Shown here: positions 1-11,278 of the stretch, in pieces
Position numbering within the stretch: the stretch's first letter is position 1
How the letters are laid out: the number at the start of each line of letters is the position of its first letter
NCBI GenBank assembly: GCA_964499985.1
Contig: CAZCMX010000001.1
Span: forward strand, 10,916-74,915
From: an uncultured Mageeibacillus sp.
GTDB lineage: Bacteria > Bacillota > Clostridia > Saccharofermentanales > UBA5734
Direction of reading: 5' to 3'
Length of the DNA: 64,000 nucleotides
Program-made: the position numbers and the translations under genes
The notes under the pieces: model-generated
Databases searched by the model: none
The model's input: only the letters and a program-made list of their open reading frames with translations
Told to the model about the DNA's origin: nothing

Positions 1-821
1 TCGCTGAAGCCCAGCGCGCCGGCGGTACGGCTGCCTTTATCGATGCCGAGCATGCGCTCGACCCGAATTATGCGGCCAAGCTGGGCGTCGACATCGACAA
101 TCTCATCGTGTCTCAGCCCGATACCGGCGAGCAAGCCCTGGAAATTACCGAAGCCCTGGTTCGCAGCGGTGCGATTGATGTCATTGTCGTCGACTCCGTG
201 GCCGCCCTGGTTCCCAAGGCCGAGATCGATGGAGAGATGGGTGATTCCCATGTGGGCCTGCAGGCCCGCCTGATGTCGCAGGCGCTGCGCAAGCTGGCCG
301 GTGTCATCGCCAAGTCCAGCACGGTTGCCGTCTTCATCAACCAGCTGCGTGAAAAGGTCGGCATCATGTTTGGCAATCCGGAGACGACACCAGGTGGCCG
401 GGCCCTCAAGTTCTACGCGTCTGTCCGCCTCGATGTGCGCAAGATCGAAACCCTGCGCAATGGCACCGATGTGGTCGGTTCCCGGACCCGGGTCAAGGTG
501 GTTAAAAACAAGGTTGCCCCACCGTTCAAGGAGGCCGAATTCGACATCATCTATGGCGAGGGCATCTCCAAGGAGGGCTGTATTCTCGATCTGGCGGTCA
601 CCATGGACCTCGTTGACAAAAGTGGAGCCTGGTTCTCCTATAAGGGCCAGCGGATTGGCCAGGGCCGGGACAATACCCGCCAGTTCCTCAAGGCCAATCC
701 TGAGATGCGCGATGAACTGGATGCCCGGATCCGGGCCCAGATCGCCAATGTGGGCGGACCAGAAGAACCCGTTTCCGAGGATGAAGAACGCGAAGAGGAC
801 ATCCTGGGATTGGACCTGTAA
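1..821 (+). CDS. recA: Recombinase RecA, C-terminal ~270 aa (5' end lies outside the window)
   Basis: The frame is open from the window edge ([21 protein letters not shown]...). Canonical RecA core motifs are present: [37 protein letters not shown] and [37 protein letters not shown]. The C-terminal tail is acidic. Confidence 0.97.
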   Translation, partial: AEAQRAGGTAAFIDAEHALDPNYAAKLGVDIDNLIVSQPDTGEQALEITEALVRSGAIDVIVVDSVAALVPKAEIDGEMGDSHVGLQARLMSQALRKLAGVIAKSSTVAVFINQLREKVGIMFGNPETTPGGRALKFYASVRLDVRKIETLRNGTDVVGSRTRVKVVKNKVAPPFKEAEFDIIYGEGISKEGCILDLAVTMDLVDKSGAWFSYKGQRIGQGRDNTRQFLKANPEMRDELDARIRAQIANVGGPEEPVSEDEEREEDILGLDL

Positions 822-836
822 GCCCCGGTCACAGGT

Positions 837-1388
837 ATGCCCAGGGATCCCGATGAATTTTTAAAGGGGTTGGCCGGCCCGTCAGACGAAAGCAGGGAAC
901 GGGATGAAACCGCAGCTGCCCGGTCTGCTGTGGTCCGCTGGCTGGGCTTGAGTCGCAAGCCATCTGGCCAAGCCCGTGATTTTCTGCAGCGCCAGGGCTT
1001 CGACTCTGTCATCATCGACAGGGTGCTTTCCGAGCTGAAAGAGGAAGGTCGGCTGGACGATTTCCGCCTGGCCAGGCAAAAGTCCAGGACCAGGACTGGC
1101 GCCAAGTCCGAATCAGCCCTGCGGACCACCCAGCGCCTGTCGGCCCAGGGTCTCGACCGCGAGGCGATCGAGCAAGCCCTGGCCGAGCGTCCGACCGATC
1201 GCGATCTGGCGCTGGCCGCCTTGCAGGGCAAGTTCAGACCGCCCCTGGCTCAGGAGCCAGGAATCACTGATCTGAAGGTCAAATACTACCGTTTCCTGAT
1301 GAACCGCGGCTTTTCACCGGATATTGTCCGTGAGTCAATCCATGATTTCCTGAAAGGATCTACCGAAAACGATGACTTTGCCGACTGA
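837..1388 (+). CDS. recX: RecA regulator RecX
   Basis: 183 aa, starting 16 nt after the recA stop. It has RecX-style helical repeats (RQGFDSVIIDRVLSELKEEGRLDDFRLA; YYRFLMNRGFSPDIV). Position immediately after recA supports the call. Confidence 0.75.
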   Translation: MPRDPDEFLKGLAGPSDESRERDETAAARSAVVRWLGLSRKPSGQARDFLQRQGFDSVIIDRVLSELKEEGRLDDFRLARQKSRTRTGAKSESALRTTQRLSAQGLDREAIEQALAERPTDRDLALAALQGKFRPPLAQEPGITDLKVKYYRFLMNRGFSPDIVRESIHDFLKGSTENDDFAD

Positions 1389-2757
1389 CACTCCTGTCTC
1401 TTGGGAAACCAGACAGGTTTTCCTGCTTTCCCTTGGCTGTGCCAAGAATCTGGTTGATTCCGAGTGCATGAGCCAGCTCCTGCGCGAGGCTGGATTCCTG
1501 ATGGTGGATGATCCCGGCCAGGCCGATGTATTGGTGGTCAATACATGTGGCTTTATCGAATCCGCAAAAAAGGAAGCCATTGACAGCATCCTGCAGCTGG
1601 CAGAGTATAAACAGCCGGCCGGACGGGCCAGATATCTGATCGTCGCAGGCTGCCTGTCCCAGCGTTATGCCGTCGATATCCTGGCCCAGATGCCCGAGGT
1701 CAATGCGGTCCTGGGCACCGCTGATTACAACCGGATCCGGGATGTGATCTTGCAGCTGGACCGGGAGACGGTCCAGCCAGCAGACCAGATCCCTGACTTG
1801 CCTGGCCCGGGCGGCAGCCTCGAGCACCTGTCCATCCCCAGGCAGCCCTCCACGCCTGGCAATTATGCCTATATCAAAGTCGCCGAGGGCTGTTCCAATC
1901 ACTGCGCCTACTGCGCGATCCCGGGGATCCGGGGACCATTCATTTCCAGACCCTTCGAGGACATCGTTGCCGAGGCCGTCCGCCTGAGCACGGCCGGCTA
2001 TGGCGAGCTGATCCTGATCGCCCAGGACACCACCCGCTATGGGCTGGATCTGTATGGCCGCCGGCGACTGCCTGAACTGGTCCGGGCGCTGTGCCAGATT
2101 CCCGAGGTCCGTCTGGTCCGGATCTTATATGTTTATACAGATGGCCTGACCGATGAATTGATTGATTGCATGGCCAGTGAGAGCAAGGTCGCCCATTATC
2201 TCGATTTGCCGATCCAGCATGCGGCAGACCCCGTCCTGCGGGCCATGAACCGCCGCGATACAAAGGCCAGTATCCGGGCAACGATTCAGAAATTGCGCCA
2301 GGCAATGCCGGATCTGGTCCTTCGGACCACGGTCCTGGTTGGTTTCCCCGGAGAGACCGATGCGGATTTTGCCGAATTACAGGATTTTTTGCGGGAAATC
2401 CGCTTCGACCGTCTGGGCTGCTTTGTTTTTTCAGCTGAAGAGGGGACTGTGGCAGCCGGACTGAAACCGAAAGTCAAAAAATCAGTCGCCCAGAACCGGA
2501 TGAAGACGATCATGGCCCTGCAGCAGGAAATTTGCCTGGCCGCCAACCAGAAAAGGCTGGGCCAGGTTCTCGATGTCACGCTTGAAAGCGTCTCTGATGA
2601 TGGTGTATTCTACAAAGGCCGCAGTTTTGCCGAAGCACCGGAAGTCGATCCTGTCATCTGGGTCGCTGCCAGCAGGGCAGACCTGATGCTCGGCCAGACC
2701 CTGCCTGTCCGCATCGTCGATGCGGGAGAATACGAATTAACGGGAGTTACCGTCTGA
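1372..2757 (+). CDS. rimO: Ribosomal protein S12 methylthiotransferase RimO (MTTase family)
   Basis: MTTase N-domain LGCAKNLVDSE..VNTCGF, radical-SAM cluster CSNHCAYCAIP, and a C-terminal TRAM-like region. The LGCxKN-type N-terminus and adjacency to pgsA favour RimO over MiaB. The start overlaps recX by 17 nt. Confidence 0.8.
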   Translation: MTLPTDTPVSWETRQVFLLSLGCAKNLVDSECMSQLLREAGFLMVDDPGQADVLVVNTCGFIESAKKEAIDSILQLAEYKQPAGRARYLIVAGCLSQRYAVDILAQMPEVNAVLGTADYNRIRDVILQLDRETVQPADQIPDLPGPGGSLEHLSIPRQPSTPGNYAYIKVAEGCSNHCAYCAIPGIRGPFISRPFEDIVAEAVRLSTAGYGELILIAQDTTRYGLDLYGRRRLPELVRALCQIPEVRLVRILYVYTDGLTDELIDCMASESKVAHYLDLPIQHAADPVLRAMNRRDTKASIRATIQKLRQAMPDLVLRTTVLVGFPGETDADFAELQDFLREIRFDRLGCFVFSAEEGTVAAGLKPKVKKSVAQNRMKTIMALQQEICLAANQKRLGQVLDVTLESVSDDGVFYKGRSFAEAPEVDPVIWVAASRADLMLGQTLPVRIVDAGEYELTGVTV

Positions 2758-3365
2758 TGAACCTGCCGAATAAGCTCACCTTGCTCCGGATCATCCTGGT
2801 CCCCTTTGTCCTGGTTTTCATGCTGCCGGTTCCGAGCCAGTCCGCCACCTTTGCCGGCTGGAATGCCTTCATCATGAGTTATGGCCAGATCATTGCCCTG
2901 GTCATTTTCATCGCCGCCTCACTGACAGATATGCTGGACGGGGCCATAGCGAGAAGCCAGAACCTGGTCACCAACCTGGGCAAGTTTCTCGATCCGATTG
3001 CCGACAAAATGCTGGTGATCTCCGTTTTGATCGCTCTGGTCCAGAATACCCGGATCCATGCCCTGGTTGCGATCGTCATCATCATCCGCGAGTTCATGGT
3101 CACAGGGATTCGCCTCCTGGCCTCCGATCATGGTGTCGTCATCGCAGCTGGCAAGCTGGGCAAGCTCAAAACCGTAACCCAAATTATTGCGATCTCCTTA
3201 TTGATGGTCGAAGCCCTGGTCATCCAGCTGCTCTTGCAGGTCGCACCGGGACTGGCGGCCAATTACCACTGGGTGGGCGATATCGCCATGTTCATTGCAG
3301 TGGTCATGACCATCATTTCCGGCTATGACTATATCAAGCGCAACCTGCATTTCCTGCATGGCTGA
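2757..3365 (+). CDS. pgsA: CDP-diacylglycerol--glycerol-3-phosphate 3-phosphatidyltransferase
   Basis: CDP-alcohol phosphatidyltransferase motif DMLDGAIAR..G..DPIADK in a multi-TM hydrophobic protein. Its start overlaps the rimO stop (TGATG). Confidence 0.9.
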   Translation: MNLPNKLTLLRIILVPFVLVFMLPVPSQSATFAGWNAFIMSYGQIIALVIFIAASLTDMLDGAIARSQNLVTNLGKFLDPIADKMLVISVLIALVQNTRIHALVAIVIIIREFMVTGIRLLASDHGVVIAAGKLGKLKTVTQIIAISLLMVEALVIQLLLQVAPGLAANYHWVGDIAMFIAVVMTIISGYDYIKRNLHFLHG

Positions 3366-3504
3366 GGGACCTCAACGAGATCTCCTTTGATATTGGTCAG
3401 CCAACTGACTTGACATTTGCTTGATGATCAAATAAAAATAGGATAGGTTTGACAACGAAACCACTATGATCAAGAAATAAGCCCATTTTTAGGAGGAATA
3501 CTTC

Positions 3505-3744
3505 ATGTCTACAGATAGCATTTTCACCAGTGTCCAGAACATTCTGGTCGACCAGCTCGGAGTGGATGCCGACAGCATCACGATGCAGTCCAATTTCATT
3601 GATGATCTCAATGCCGATTCGCTGGATATTGTTGAGCTGGTGATGGCGATGGAGCAGGAATTCAATATCTCGATTCCCGACGAGGATGCTGAGAAGATCA
3701 AGTCAGTCGGAGATGCCGTCGAGTACATCAAAGCAAATACCTGA
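3505..3744 (+). CDS. acpP: Acyl carrier protein
   Basis: 79 aa with the phosphopantetheine attachment motif [19 protein letters not shown]. An AGGAGG Shine-Dalgarno sequence lies 7 nt upstream. Confidence 0.95.
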   Translation: MSTDSIFTSVQNILVDQLGVDADSITMQSNFIDDLNADSLDIVELVMAMEQEFNISIPDEDAEKIKSVGDAVEYIKANT

Positions 3745-3765
3745 ACAATCACCTGATCAGACAGC

Positions 3766-3793
3766 AAAAAAGCCCCGGCAGGGGCTTTTTTTT
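3766..3793 (+). terminator. Rho-independent terminator after acpP
   Basis: Stem AGCCCC, loop GGCA, stem GGGGCT, followed by an 8-T run and preceded by an A-run. Confidence 0.8.
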
Positions 3794-3809
3794 GAAACAG
3801 GGGGACATC

Positions 3810-4562
3810 ATGCAAGAACAATTCCGGGCTGGCTGCGACCGCCTCTGCCGGGCGATCGGCCATGAATTTGCCCAGCCGGATCTCCTGGTCCAGGCCATCA
3901 CCCATTCCACCTATGCTTACGAACACCGGGCAGAAAAAATACCTGACAACGAGCGGCTTGAGTTTCTCGGCGATGCCGTCCTCGACCTGGTTGTCAGTGA
4001 TTTTTTATTCCGTGAGCCAGCAAGTCTGTCTGAAGGCATCATGACGAAAACCCGGGCCCTGATCGTCTGTGAAAGCACGCTGGCCCTGGTTGCCCGTGAA
4101 CTTGAGCTGGGCCACTTGCTGCTGCTCGGCAAGGGGGAGTGGACAACGGGAGGCGGCGACAAATCGTCAAACCTGGCCAATGCCATGGAGGCGATTTTTG
4201 GCGCCGTGTATCTGGATGCCGGTTATGACAAAGCGCGCACGCTCATCTTGATTCTGCTGGACGAATACATCCAGCAGGCTTTGACCGGCGATATGGTTTA
4301 TGACTATAAGAGCCGTCTGCTGGAAATGGTCCAGGGAACCCGGGGCAACAGCACACTGCGCTTCATCATTATCAATGAAGAAGGACCGGTGCATGACCGG
4401 GTCTTCACCGCCGCAGTGGTGGTCGATGACCGTCAGATTGCCACAGGCAGCGGCAGCAGCAAGAAGGACGCTGAGCAGAAAGCCGCCCGTGAAGCCCTGC
4501 GTTTTTTGTCCTGCAACCGTGAAGGCTGCCAGATCCTCGATGACCAGGAAGACAAAGCATGA
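3810..4562 (+). CDS. rnc: Ribonuclease III
   Basis: RNase III signature [15 protein letters not shown] and a C-terminal dsRBD ([17 protein letters not shown]). I moved the start to ATG 3810 behind GGGGGA because the TTG at 3792 lies inside the acpP terminator T-run. Confidence 0.92.
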   Translation: MQEQFRAGCDRLCRAIGHEFAQPDLLVQAITHSTYAYEHRAEKIPDNERLEFLGDAVLDLVVSDFLFREPASLSEGIMTKTRALIVCESTLALVARELELGHLLLLGKGEWTTGGGDKSSNLANAMEAIFGAVYLDAGYDKARTLILILLDEYIQQALTGDMVYDYKSRLLEMVQGTRGNSTLRFIIINEEGPVHDRVFTAAVVVDDRQIATGSGSSKKDAEQKAAREALRFLSCNREGCQILDDQEDKA

Positions 4563-4578
4563 ACCGGAGTGATCAATC

Positions 4579-7500
4579 ATGCACCTGAAAACACTGGAGA
4601 TCCAGGGTTTCAAATCTTTTCCTGAGCGAACCGTGATCGATTTCCATCCCGGTGTCACGGCGATTGTCGGACCGAATGGCAGTGGCAAATCCAATGTCAC
4701 CGATGCCATCCGCTGGGTTTTGGGCGAGCAAAGTGTCAAGACGCTGCGTGGCGCCCGTATGGAAGATGTCATTTTTACCGGCACCCAGTCGCGCCGGGCC
4801 ATGAGTTATGCCGAAGTCAGCATCACCTTTGACAATTCAGACCGGGCCCTGCCGGTCGAATACACCGAATTATGTGTGACCCGCCGGCTATACCGTTCGG
4901 GTGACAGCGAATATCTTTTAAACCAGACGACCGTCCGGCTCAAGGATATCACCACCTTGTTCATGGACACCGGCCTGGGCCGGGATGGTTATTCGATTGT
5001 CGGCCAGGGGCGGGTCGATGACATCCTCAGCCACCGCTCCGAAGACCGGCGCCGGATTTTCGAAGAAGCCTCCGGCATCGTGAAGTTCAAGACCCGCAAA
5101 GAAGAATCCGAACGAAAGCTGCTCCAGACCGAACAGAATCTGGTCCGGATCAATGACATTATCCAGGAGCTATCCGAACGGATTGAACCATTAAGCCAGC
5201 AGGCAGAAACGGCACGGCAATTCTTGCGTTTGTCTGATGAACTCAAGACCGTGGAAATAGCCCTGATCCTCGATTCAATCGGGCAAAATGAGTCCAGCAT
5301 CGCCGCGGCCCAGGCTGAAAAGCAGCTCTTGGAAAACGACTGGATGATCGAGCAGGACAAGCTGGTCAGTCTGCGTGATGAGCATCGCACAACCACGGAA
5401 TCGATCCGGGCCATCGAACAGCAGATGGAGTTGCTCCGCGAGCAGTTCAACCAGGAAAACAACCGGATGGGGATCCTCTCGAGCCAGAAGGCAGCGAATG
5501 TTGAGCGGACTGAGCAGCTCCAAAAACGGATCGAACAAAGTGGTGTCCTGCACCAGGACCTTGCCAGCCAGATTGAGAGCCTGCAGGAGGATTTGGCTGC
5601 CCGGACGAAAAAATCCGAAACCCTGTCCCGCCAGCATGACCATTTTTCGCGGCAATTACAGGCCGCCGAGCAAGCCATGCAGGCTGTACTGGCTCAATTA
5701 TCGGTCAGCGAACGACAAGTCGAAGCGCTTAAAACCGATCTGGAAGCCAAGACAGAAGCCATCTATGAACAGAAAAACCGGGTTGGCCAACTGAAGGGAC
5801 AATTGCCCCTGATCGAAAACCGCCGCCGGACCTTAAGCAATGACCAGATGGCCCAGATCAGTGACTGGGACCGGATCGGCCTGCAGCATGAGGAGGCTTC
5901 AGAGAGCCTCAAGCGAGTCCAATCTGCCTTCCAGTCTGAGGAATCCGCCAAGTTCAAGCTCCAGCAAGCCATGGAGAGCACCCGGGAAATGCTGCACCAG
6001 GCACATGCCGAGTCGGAAAAGCTGCGCCAGTCACAGCGCAATGACCAATATCGGCTGCAGACCCTGCTTGAGCTGGAAAAAAGCCACGAGGGCTATGCCG
6101 AGTCCGTCAAGCGGATCCTCGGCCAGGCGGCTGAAAATCCGGCCTTTGGCCAAGGGATCATAGGCACCCTGGGTGAATTGATCCGGGTCCAGCCAGATCT
6201 TGAGCTGGCCCTGGAAACTGCTTTGGGACCGGCTGTATCCAATCTGGTGACCGATACGGAAGCAACCGCCAGCCGCCTGATCAGCTATCTCAAGGAAAAC
6301 CGGGCCGGACGGGCGACTTTCCTGCCGATTGCCACGATCCGTGGCCGCCGCCTGGAGAGCTCGACGCTCTCGCAGCTCCAGTCCATGTCCGGATTTATTG
6401 GCCTGGCCAGTGACCTCGTGACAGCCGACGCGTCCTTGCGGGCCATTCTGGAGTCTTTGCTCGGCCGGATCGTGATCGCCCGCCAGCTTTCCGATGCGAC
6501 GGCCATGGCCAGGAAGATCCAGTATTCCTGCCGGATCGTGACCCTGGAAGGGGATGTCGTCAATCCAGGAGGCTCATTAACCGGCGGCTTCAATCGACGG
6601 GGTTCAAGCGGCGTTCTAGGCCGGGGCCGGGAAATCGAAATCCTGCGCCTGCGTCTGGTGGAAACCGAGGAAAAAATCAAGACAGCCATCGAAACGGAAG
6701 CAGAACAGGACACCCTTTTGAAGCAGCTGGCCTCGCAGCTGTCTGCAGTGGAACACCAGTTGCTCCAATTGTCACATCAGAAAATCCGCGATGAAGCCCA
6801 GATGAATGCCCTGTCTGAGCAGATGAAACAGTCACTGGCTTTGCGCCAGCGGCTTGAAGCAGAACAAGACGCACTGGCCAGGCAGGCCCAGGGGCTCACC
6901 GGCCAGATGAATCAGCTGGAGCAGGCGATTGTCCTGGAAGAGCAGCAGATCGCCCTGATCCGCCAGAAAATCAGCCAGCAGGAGGGTGCCAGCAAAATGG
7001 ACCAGCAGCGGCGCGATGAATTGCGCGAAGAGCTGTCCGATTTGAAGGTCTCCTTGCATTCCATCACCGAATCACTCCAGGCTTCGCATGAAATTCTCGA
7101 GCGGATTGAGCGGGAACGCCAGACCATCCATGACCGGCAGACCCGCAGTCAGGCTGAAGTGGCTGAATTTGCCGCAGAAATCGAGCATCTGACCGCCCAG
7201 ACCCGGGAATTGGACCAGACCATTGCCAAGGCACATCAGGCTAGCCTGGCCCTGTCTGAGCAGGTCCGCCAGGAAAATGCGCGGCGTGAAGCTCTGGAGG
7301 CCAGCCAGGCTCGCTTTTTTGACACGCTGGAAGCACAGTCGGCCCGGATCAGTGCCCTGCAAACCGAAATCGGTAAGACGACGGCCAAGATCGAGCGGCT
7401 TGAGCTGGCCGGCGATGAGGCCAGGAACCGGCTCTGGGAATCCTATGAACTGACGGTCCAGACCGCACAGGCCTGGCGCCAGCCCGTGCAAAACCACGCC

Positions 7501-8142
7501 GAGGCTGGCAAAACGATCGCAGCCCTGAAATCGAGCATCAAAGCCCTCGGTCCGGTCAGCCTGGCCGCGATCGATGAATTCCAGACCGTGCACGAACGGT
7601 TTCTGTTCATGGTCCAGCAGCGCGACGATATCGAAAGCTCACGCCAGAAGCTGCAAAGTGTGATTGCCGAACTGACCGAGGCCATGCGCCAGCAATTCGC
7701 CCAGCATTTCCACCTGATCAATGAAAATTTCAAAATTGTCTTCGCTGAACTGTTTGGCGGTGGCATGGCTGAAGTCCAGTTGGAAAATCCGGACGATGTC
7801 CTGTCCAGTGGGATCGAGATCAAAGCGCAGCCGCCGGGCAAGAAGCTGCAAAGCCTGCTCTTGCTCTCGGGTGGCGAACGCTGCCTGACGGCCATTGCCT
7901 TGCTGTTTGCCATTCTCAAGCTGCGGCCCACGCCGTTTTGTGTCCTGGATGAGGTTGAGGCGGCGCTTGATGATGCCAATGTTGTCCGTTTTTCCGAATA
8001 TATCCGCCGCTATGCCGAAGAATCGCAATTCATCCTGGTCACCCACCGCAAGGGAACCATGGAATCCGCCGATCGCCTCTATGGTGTCACGATGCAGGAA
8101 AGAGGCATCTCCCGGATCTTATCGATGCAGTTGACCGGTTGA
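4579..8142 (+). CDS. smc: Chromosome partition protein Smc
   Basis: 1187 aa with N-terminal Walker [10 protein letters not shown], long heptad-rich coiled coils, a central hinge, and C-terminal LSGGE plus Walker [13 protein letters not shown]. Confidence 0.97.
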   Translation: MHLKTLEIQGFKSFPERTVIDFHPGVTAIVGPNGSGKSNVTDAIRWVLGEQSVKTLRGARMEDVIFTGTQSRRAMSYAEVSITFDNSDRALPVEYTELCVTRRLYRSGDSEYLLNQTTVRLKDITTLFMDTGLGRDGYSIVGQGRVDDILSHRSEDRRRIFEEASGIVKFKTRKEESERKLLQTEQNLVRINDIIQELSERIEPLSQQAETARQFLRLSDELKTVEIALILDSIGQNESSIAAAQAEKQLLENDWMIEQDKLVSLRDEHRTTTESIRAIEQQMELLREQFNQENNRMGILSSQKAANVERTEQLQKRIEQSGVLHQDLASQIESLQEDLAARTKKSETLSRQHDHFSRQLQAAEQAMQAVLAQLSVSERQVEALKTDLEAKTEAIYEQKNRVGQLKGQLPLIENRRRTLSNDQMAQISDWDRIGLQHEEASESLKRVQSAFQSEESAKFKLQQAMESTREMLHQAHAESEKLRQSQRNDQYRLQTLLELEKSHEGYAESVKRILGQAAENPAFGQGIIGTLGELIRVQPDLELALETALGPAVSNLVTDTEATASRLISYLKENRAGRATFLPIATIRGRRLESSTLSQLQSMSGFIGLASDLVTADASLRAILESLLGRIVIARQLSDATAMARKIQYSCRIVTLEGDVVNPGGSLTGGFNRRGSSGVLGRGREIEILRLRLVETEEKIKTAIETEAEQDTLLKQLASQLSAVEHQLLQLSHQKIRDEAQMNALSEQMKQSLALRQRLEAEQDALARQAQGLTGQMNQLEQAIVLEEQQIALIRQKISQQEGASKMDQQRRDELREELSDLKVSLHSITESLQASHEILERIERERQTIHDRQTRSQAEVAEFAAEIEHLTAQTRELDQTIAKAHQASLALSEQVRQENARREALEASQARFFDTLEAQSARISALQTEIGKTTAKIERLELAGDEARNRLWESYELTVQTAQAWRQPVQNHAEAGKTIAALKSSIKALGPVSLAAIDEFQTVHERFLFMVQQRDDIESSRQKLQSVIAELTEAMRQQFAQHFHLINENFKIVFAELFGGGMAEVQLENPDDVLSSGIEIKAQPPGKKLQSLLLLSGGERCLTAIALLFAILKLRPTPFCVLDEVEAALDDANVVRFSEYIRRYAEESQFILVTHRKGTMESADRLYGVTMQERGISRILSMQLTG

Positions 8143-8219
8143 CAGGCCTGGCTTGATTCGGGCAAAGTCAGGAACCCCCCCCGGGAAAAGTGCGCCACTG
8201 AAGAAAGGAAATCATCACC

Positions 8220-9134
8220 ATGGGTCTATTTGATACATTTCGCAAAGGCTTGCAGAAAACCCGCGATTTCGTCACCGAAGGCATCAACCGAATTGCTGCC
8301 AATATGGGATTTTTTGACGAGGATATGCTCGATGAGCTGGAGATGCTGCTGGTCCAGGCCGATGTTGGTGCCGCTTGCTCGATCCATCTGATGAATAAAG
8401 TCCGTCAGGAAATCAAAGCCACCGGCAATGCCTCGCGCCAGACGGTCATTTCGACTTTACATCAGGAAATGCTAGCCGTACTTGGCCAGGCCAAGCCGCT
8501 GGCCTTCAATAAGGGCCAGCTCAATATTCTCCTGATGGTGGGCGTCAATGGCACCGGCAAGACGACTACGGCCGGCAAGATCTGTGCCCGCTATCAAAAA
8601 CTGGGGTTCAAAATCTTACTGGGTGCGGCAGATACCTTCCGGGCCGCTGCGATCGAGCAGTTGACCCATTGGGGCGAACGGTCAGGCACACCGGTGATCG
8701 CCCACCAGGAGGGGTCGGATCCGGCAGCGGTCGTCTTCGATGCCATCCAGGCAGCCAAATCACGGGGTATTGATCTGCTGATCCTGGATACGGCTGGCCG
8801 TCTGCACAATAAGGCCAACCTGATGAACGAGCTGGGCAAAATCCGCCGCATCATCCAGCGCGAAGCGCCCTCCGCCAAGGTTGAAACCTTGCTGGTGATT
8901 GACGCGACGACGGGCCAGAATGCCGTGACCCAGGCCAAGGTGTTCACTGAGGTGGCTGAGGTCACCAGCCTGGCGATCACCAAGCTGGATGGCAATGCCA
9001 AGGGCGGTGTCGCCTTGGCGGTCGCCCACGAAACGCATACCCCGATTGCCCTGGCGGGCTTGGGCGAAAAGCTCGACGACCTGATGGATTTCGATCCCCA
9101 GGCCTTCGTCGAATCCTTGTTGCCAAAGCCTTAG
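8220..9134 (+). CDS. ftsY: Signal recognition particle receptor FtsY
   Basis: SRP-GTPase NG domain motifs GVNGTGKTTT, DTAGRLH and TKLDGNAKGG. Confidence 0.96.
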   Translation: MGLFDTFRKGLQKTRDFVTEGINRIAANMGFFDEDMLDELEMLLVQADVGAACSIHLMNKVRQEIKATGNASRQTVISTLHQEMLAVLGQAKPLAFNKGQLNILLMVGVNGTGKTTTAGKICARYQKLGFKILLGAADTFRAAAIEQLTHWGERSGTPVIAHQEGSDPAAVVFDAIQAAKSRGIDLLILDTAGRLHNKANLMNELGKIRRIIQREAPSAKVETLLVIDATTGQNAVTQAKVFTEVAEVTSLAITKLDGNAKGGVALAVAHETHTPIALAGLGEKLDDLMDFDPQAFVESLLPKP

Positions 9135-9160
9135 ACCATCATAAAACCGATGCACCACCG

Positions 9161-9195
9161 ATGCATTGTCAAGTAAATATACTTGACAATGCATC
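9161..9195. repeat. Perfect inverted repeat: 15-bp arms with a 5-nt spacer
   Basis: GATGCATTGTCAAGT-aaata-ACTTGACAATGCATC, read directly from the sequence. It starts 27 nt after the ftsY stop, and its right arm contains a TTGACA hexamer. Confidence 0.9.
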
Positions 9196-9211
9196 GGGTT
9201 TCCAGTATTCT
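9183..9211 (+). promoter_or_regulatory. Putative sigma-A promoter in front of ylxM-ffh
   Basis: TTGACA (9183-9188), a 17-nt spacer, then TATTCT (9206-9211). The -35 hexamer sits inside the right arm of the palindrome. Confidence 0.4.
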
Positions 9212-9218
9212 GAACCAG

Positions 9219-9566
9219 ATGAAACGCCTTGAAGCAGATATCCAGGATTACCGGACTGTTGTCCTGTGGCTAGACTTTTACAGTCAGCTGCTGACCGCCC
9301 GCACCCGCGAGGTGCTGGAGCTGCATTATAACGAGGACATGACCCTCAGTGAGATTGCCGAGCATCTGGCGATCACGCGCCAGGGGGTGCATGACAAGTT
9401 CCGCCAGGGCCTGCAGCAGCTGATGGACTATGAAGCCAAGCTCGGCCTGGTCCAGCGTTTCCTCACCCAGAAAGAACAGATTGCCCAGGTGATTGCCGAT
9501 CTTGACCAGGGCCAGGCAGAAAAAGCCAGGTCCACACTGGTTCGTTTGCACCAGTCACTCGGATAA
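9219..9566 (+). CDS. ylxM: YlxM/UPF0122 putative helix-turn-helix protein
   Basis: LDFYSQLLTARTREVLELHYNEDMTLSEIAEHLAITRQGVHDKFRQGLQQLMDYEAKL matches the YlxM sigma-70-region-4-like fold, and the position directly upstream of ffh fits. The start is ambiguous (TTG 9183, ATG 9189 or ATG 9219) and none has a clear Shine-Dalgarno sequence. Confidence 0.8.
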   Translation: MKRLEADIQDYRTVVLWLDFYSQLLTARTREVLELHYNEDMTLSEIAEHLAITRQGVHDKFRQGLQQLMDYEAKLGLVQRFLTQKEQIAQVIADLDQGQAEKARSTLVRLHQSLG

Positions 9567-9576
9567 CGGAGGCAGC

Positions 9577-10932
9577 ATGGCACTTTTCGAAGGCCTGTCC
9601 GCAAAATTACAGGACATCACGGCGAAAATGCGCGGCAAGTCCCGCGTCACAGAGCAAGACATCAAGGACATGATGCGGGAGATCCGCCTGGCCTTGCTCG
9701 AGGCGGATGTCAATTTCACCGTGGTCAAGGAACTCGTCGCCGAGATTTCCGAAAAGAGCAAGGGCGTCGAAGTCATGGAGAGCCTGACGCCCGGCCAGCA
9801 GGTGGTCAAAATCGTCCACGAGTCGCTGGTTGACATTCTGGGCCAGACCAATAGCAAGCTGCTCGTTTCGCCTTCCGGCTTTACGGTGATCATGCTCTAC
9901 GGTCTCCAGGGTGCCGGCAAAACCACCACCGCTGCCAAGATGGCCCTGATGCTCAAGAAAAAGGGCAAGAAACCGATGCTGACATCGGTTGACGTCCACC
10001 GTCCGGCGGCGGCCCGCCAGCTTGAAATCCTGGCCAAGTCTGTCGAAATCCCCTGTTTTATCCAGCCTGAGGAAAAGGATGCCGTCAAGATCGCCCGTCA
10101 GGCGGTTGACCGGGCCAAATACCTGCTTTGTGACACCCTGATCGTCGATACCGCCGGCCGGATGACCATTGACACCGAGATGATGGCGGAGCTCAAGGCC
10201 ATCGGCAAGGTTGTCAACCCCACTGAGAAGCTCCTGATCGTCGATGCGATGATCGGCCAGGAAGCGGTGAATGTCGCCCTCGGCTTTGACAAGGAAATCG
10301 GCCTCGATGGCTTCATCATGACCAAGCTCGATGGTGATGCCCGGGGTGGTGCCGCCCTGTCGATCCGCAAGATCACGGGTAAGCCGATCAAGCTGATCTG
10401 TGTCGGTGAAAAAATCGACGCCATCGAGGAATACTACCCCGACCGCATGGCATCACGCATCCTCGGCATGGGCGATGTCTTGTCCCTGATTGAAAAGGCC
10501 ACGGCTAACCTGGACGAGAAGAAGGCCGCCGAAGCCTTCGACAAGCTGAAAAAGAATCAGTTCACCCTCGAGGATATGCTGTCGCAATTTGAAGAGGTCA
10601 AGAAAATGGGCTCGATCAAGGATGTCCTGTCGATGCTGCCGGGCATGGGCAATAAGGCCATCCCTGATGAGCACATCGACGAGCGGGCCATCGACCGCAG
10701 TGCGGCGATCATCCGTTCGATGACCCGAAAAGAACGGCAAAACCCAGGCCTGCTGAATGCCAGCCGGAGAAAGCGCATTGCCGCCGGCTCTGGCACCACC
10801 GTCCAGGATGTCAACCGGCTGATCAAGCAATTTGAAGAAACCCAGAAAATGATGAAACAATTTTCCGGCATGATGAAGGGCAAGGGCCGGATGCCCAATT
10901 TTGGTTTTGGCAAACGCGGTTTTCCGTTCTGA
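9577..10932 (+). CDS. ffh: Signal recognition particle protein Ffh
   Basis: MALFEGLSAKLQ N-terminus behind GGAGG, with GLQGAGKTTT, DTAGR and TKLDGDARGGAALS motifs and a Met-rich M domain. The upstream ORF extension (9493) overlaps ylxM and was rejected. Confidence 0.96.
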   Translation: MALFEGLSAKLQDITAKMRGKSRVTEQDIKDMMREIRLALLEADVNFTVVKELVAEISEKSKGVEVMESLTPGQQVVKIVHESLVDILGQTNSKLLVSPSGFTVIMLYGLQGAGKTTTAAKMALMLKKKGKKPMLTSVDVHRPAAARQLEILAKSVEIPCFIQPEEKDAVKIARQAVDRAKYLLCDTLIVDTAGRMTIDTEMMAELKAIGKVVNPTEKLLIVDAMIGQEAVNVALGFDKEIGLDGFIMTKLDGDARGGAALSIRKITGKPIKLICVGEKIDAIEEYYPDRMASRILGMGDVLSLIEKATANLDEKKAAEAFDKLKKNQFTLEDMLSQFEEVKKMGSIKDVLSMLPGMGNKAIPDEHIDERAIDRSAAIIRSMTRKERQNPGLLNASRRKRIAAGSGTTVQDVNRLIKQFEETQKMMKQFSGMMKGKGRMPNFGFGKRGFPF

Positions 10933-11011
10933 TTCCCCCTCGGGACAGAAGCAAGACTGATATGCAGATAGAAAATCCACTCAGGATCAAATCATTTGGA
11001 GGTACCTAACA

Positions 11012-11257
11012 ATGGCAGTAAAAATCAGACTGAAGCGCATGGGCGCCAAGAAAGCTCCGTTCTACCGCGTCGTGGTAGCCGATTCCCGTTATCCGCGTGA
11101 TGGCCGTTTCATCGAAGAAATCGGCACCTACAATCCGCTGACCGAGCCGGCCGATGTCAAGATCGACGCCGAAGCCGCCAAGAAATGGATTGCCAATGGC
11201 GCCCAGCCCACGGACACCGTTCGTGCCCTTTTGAAGAAGAACGGCATCATCGGCTAA
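11012..11257 (+). CDS. rpsP: 30S ribosomal protein S16
   Basis: [35 protein letters not shown], with a GGAGG Shine-Dalgarno sequence. Confidence 0.97.
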   Translation: MAVKIRLKRMGAKKAPFYRVVVADSRYPRDGRFIEEIGTYNPLTEPADVKIDAEAAKKWIANGAQPTDTVRALLKKNGIIG

Positions 11258-11278
11258 TAACAGTTTGGAGGTCAGGCT

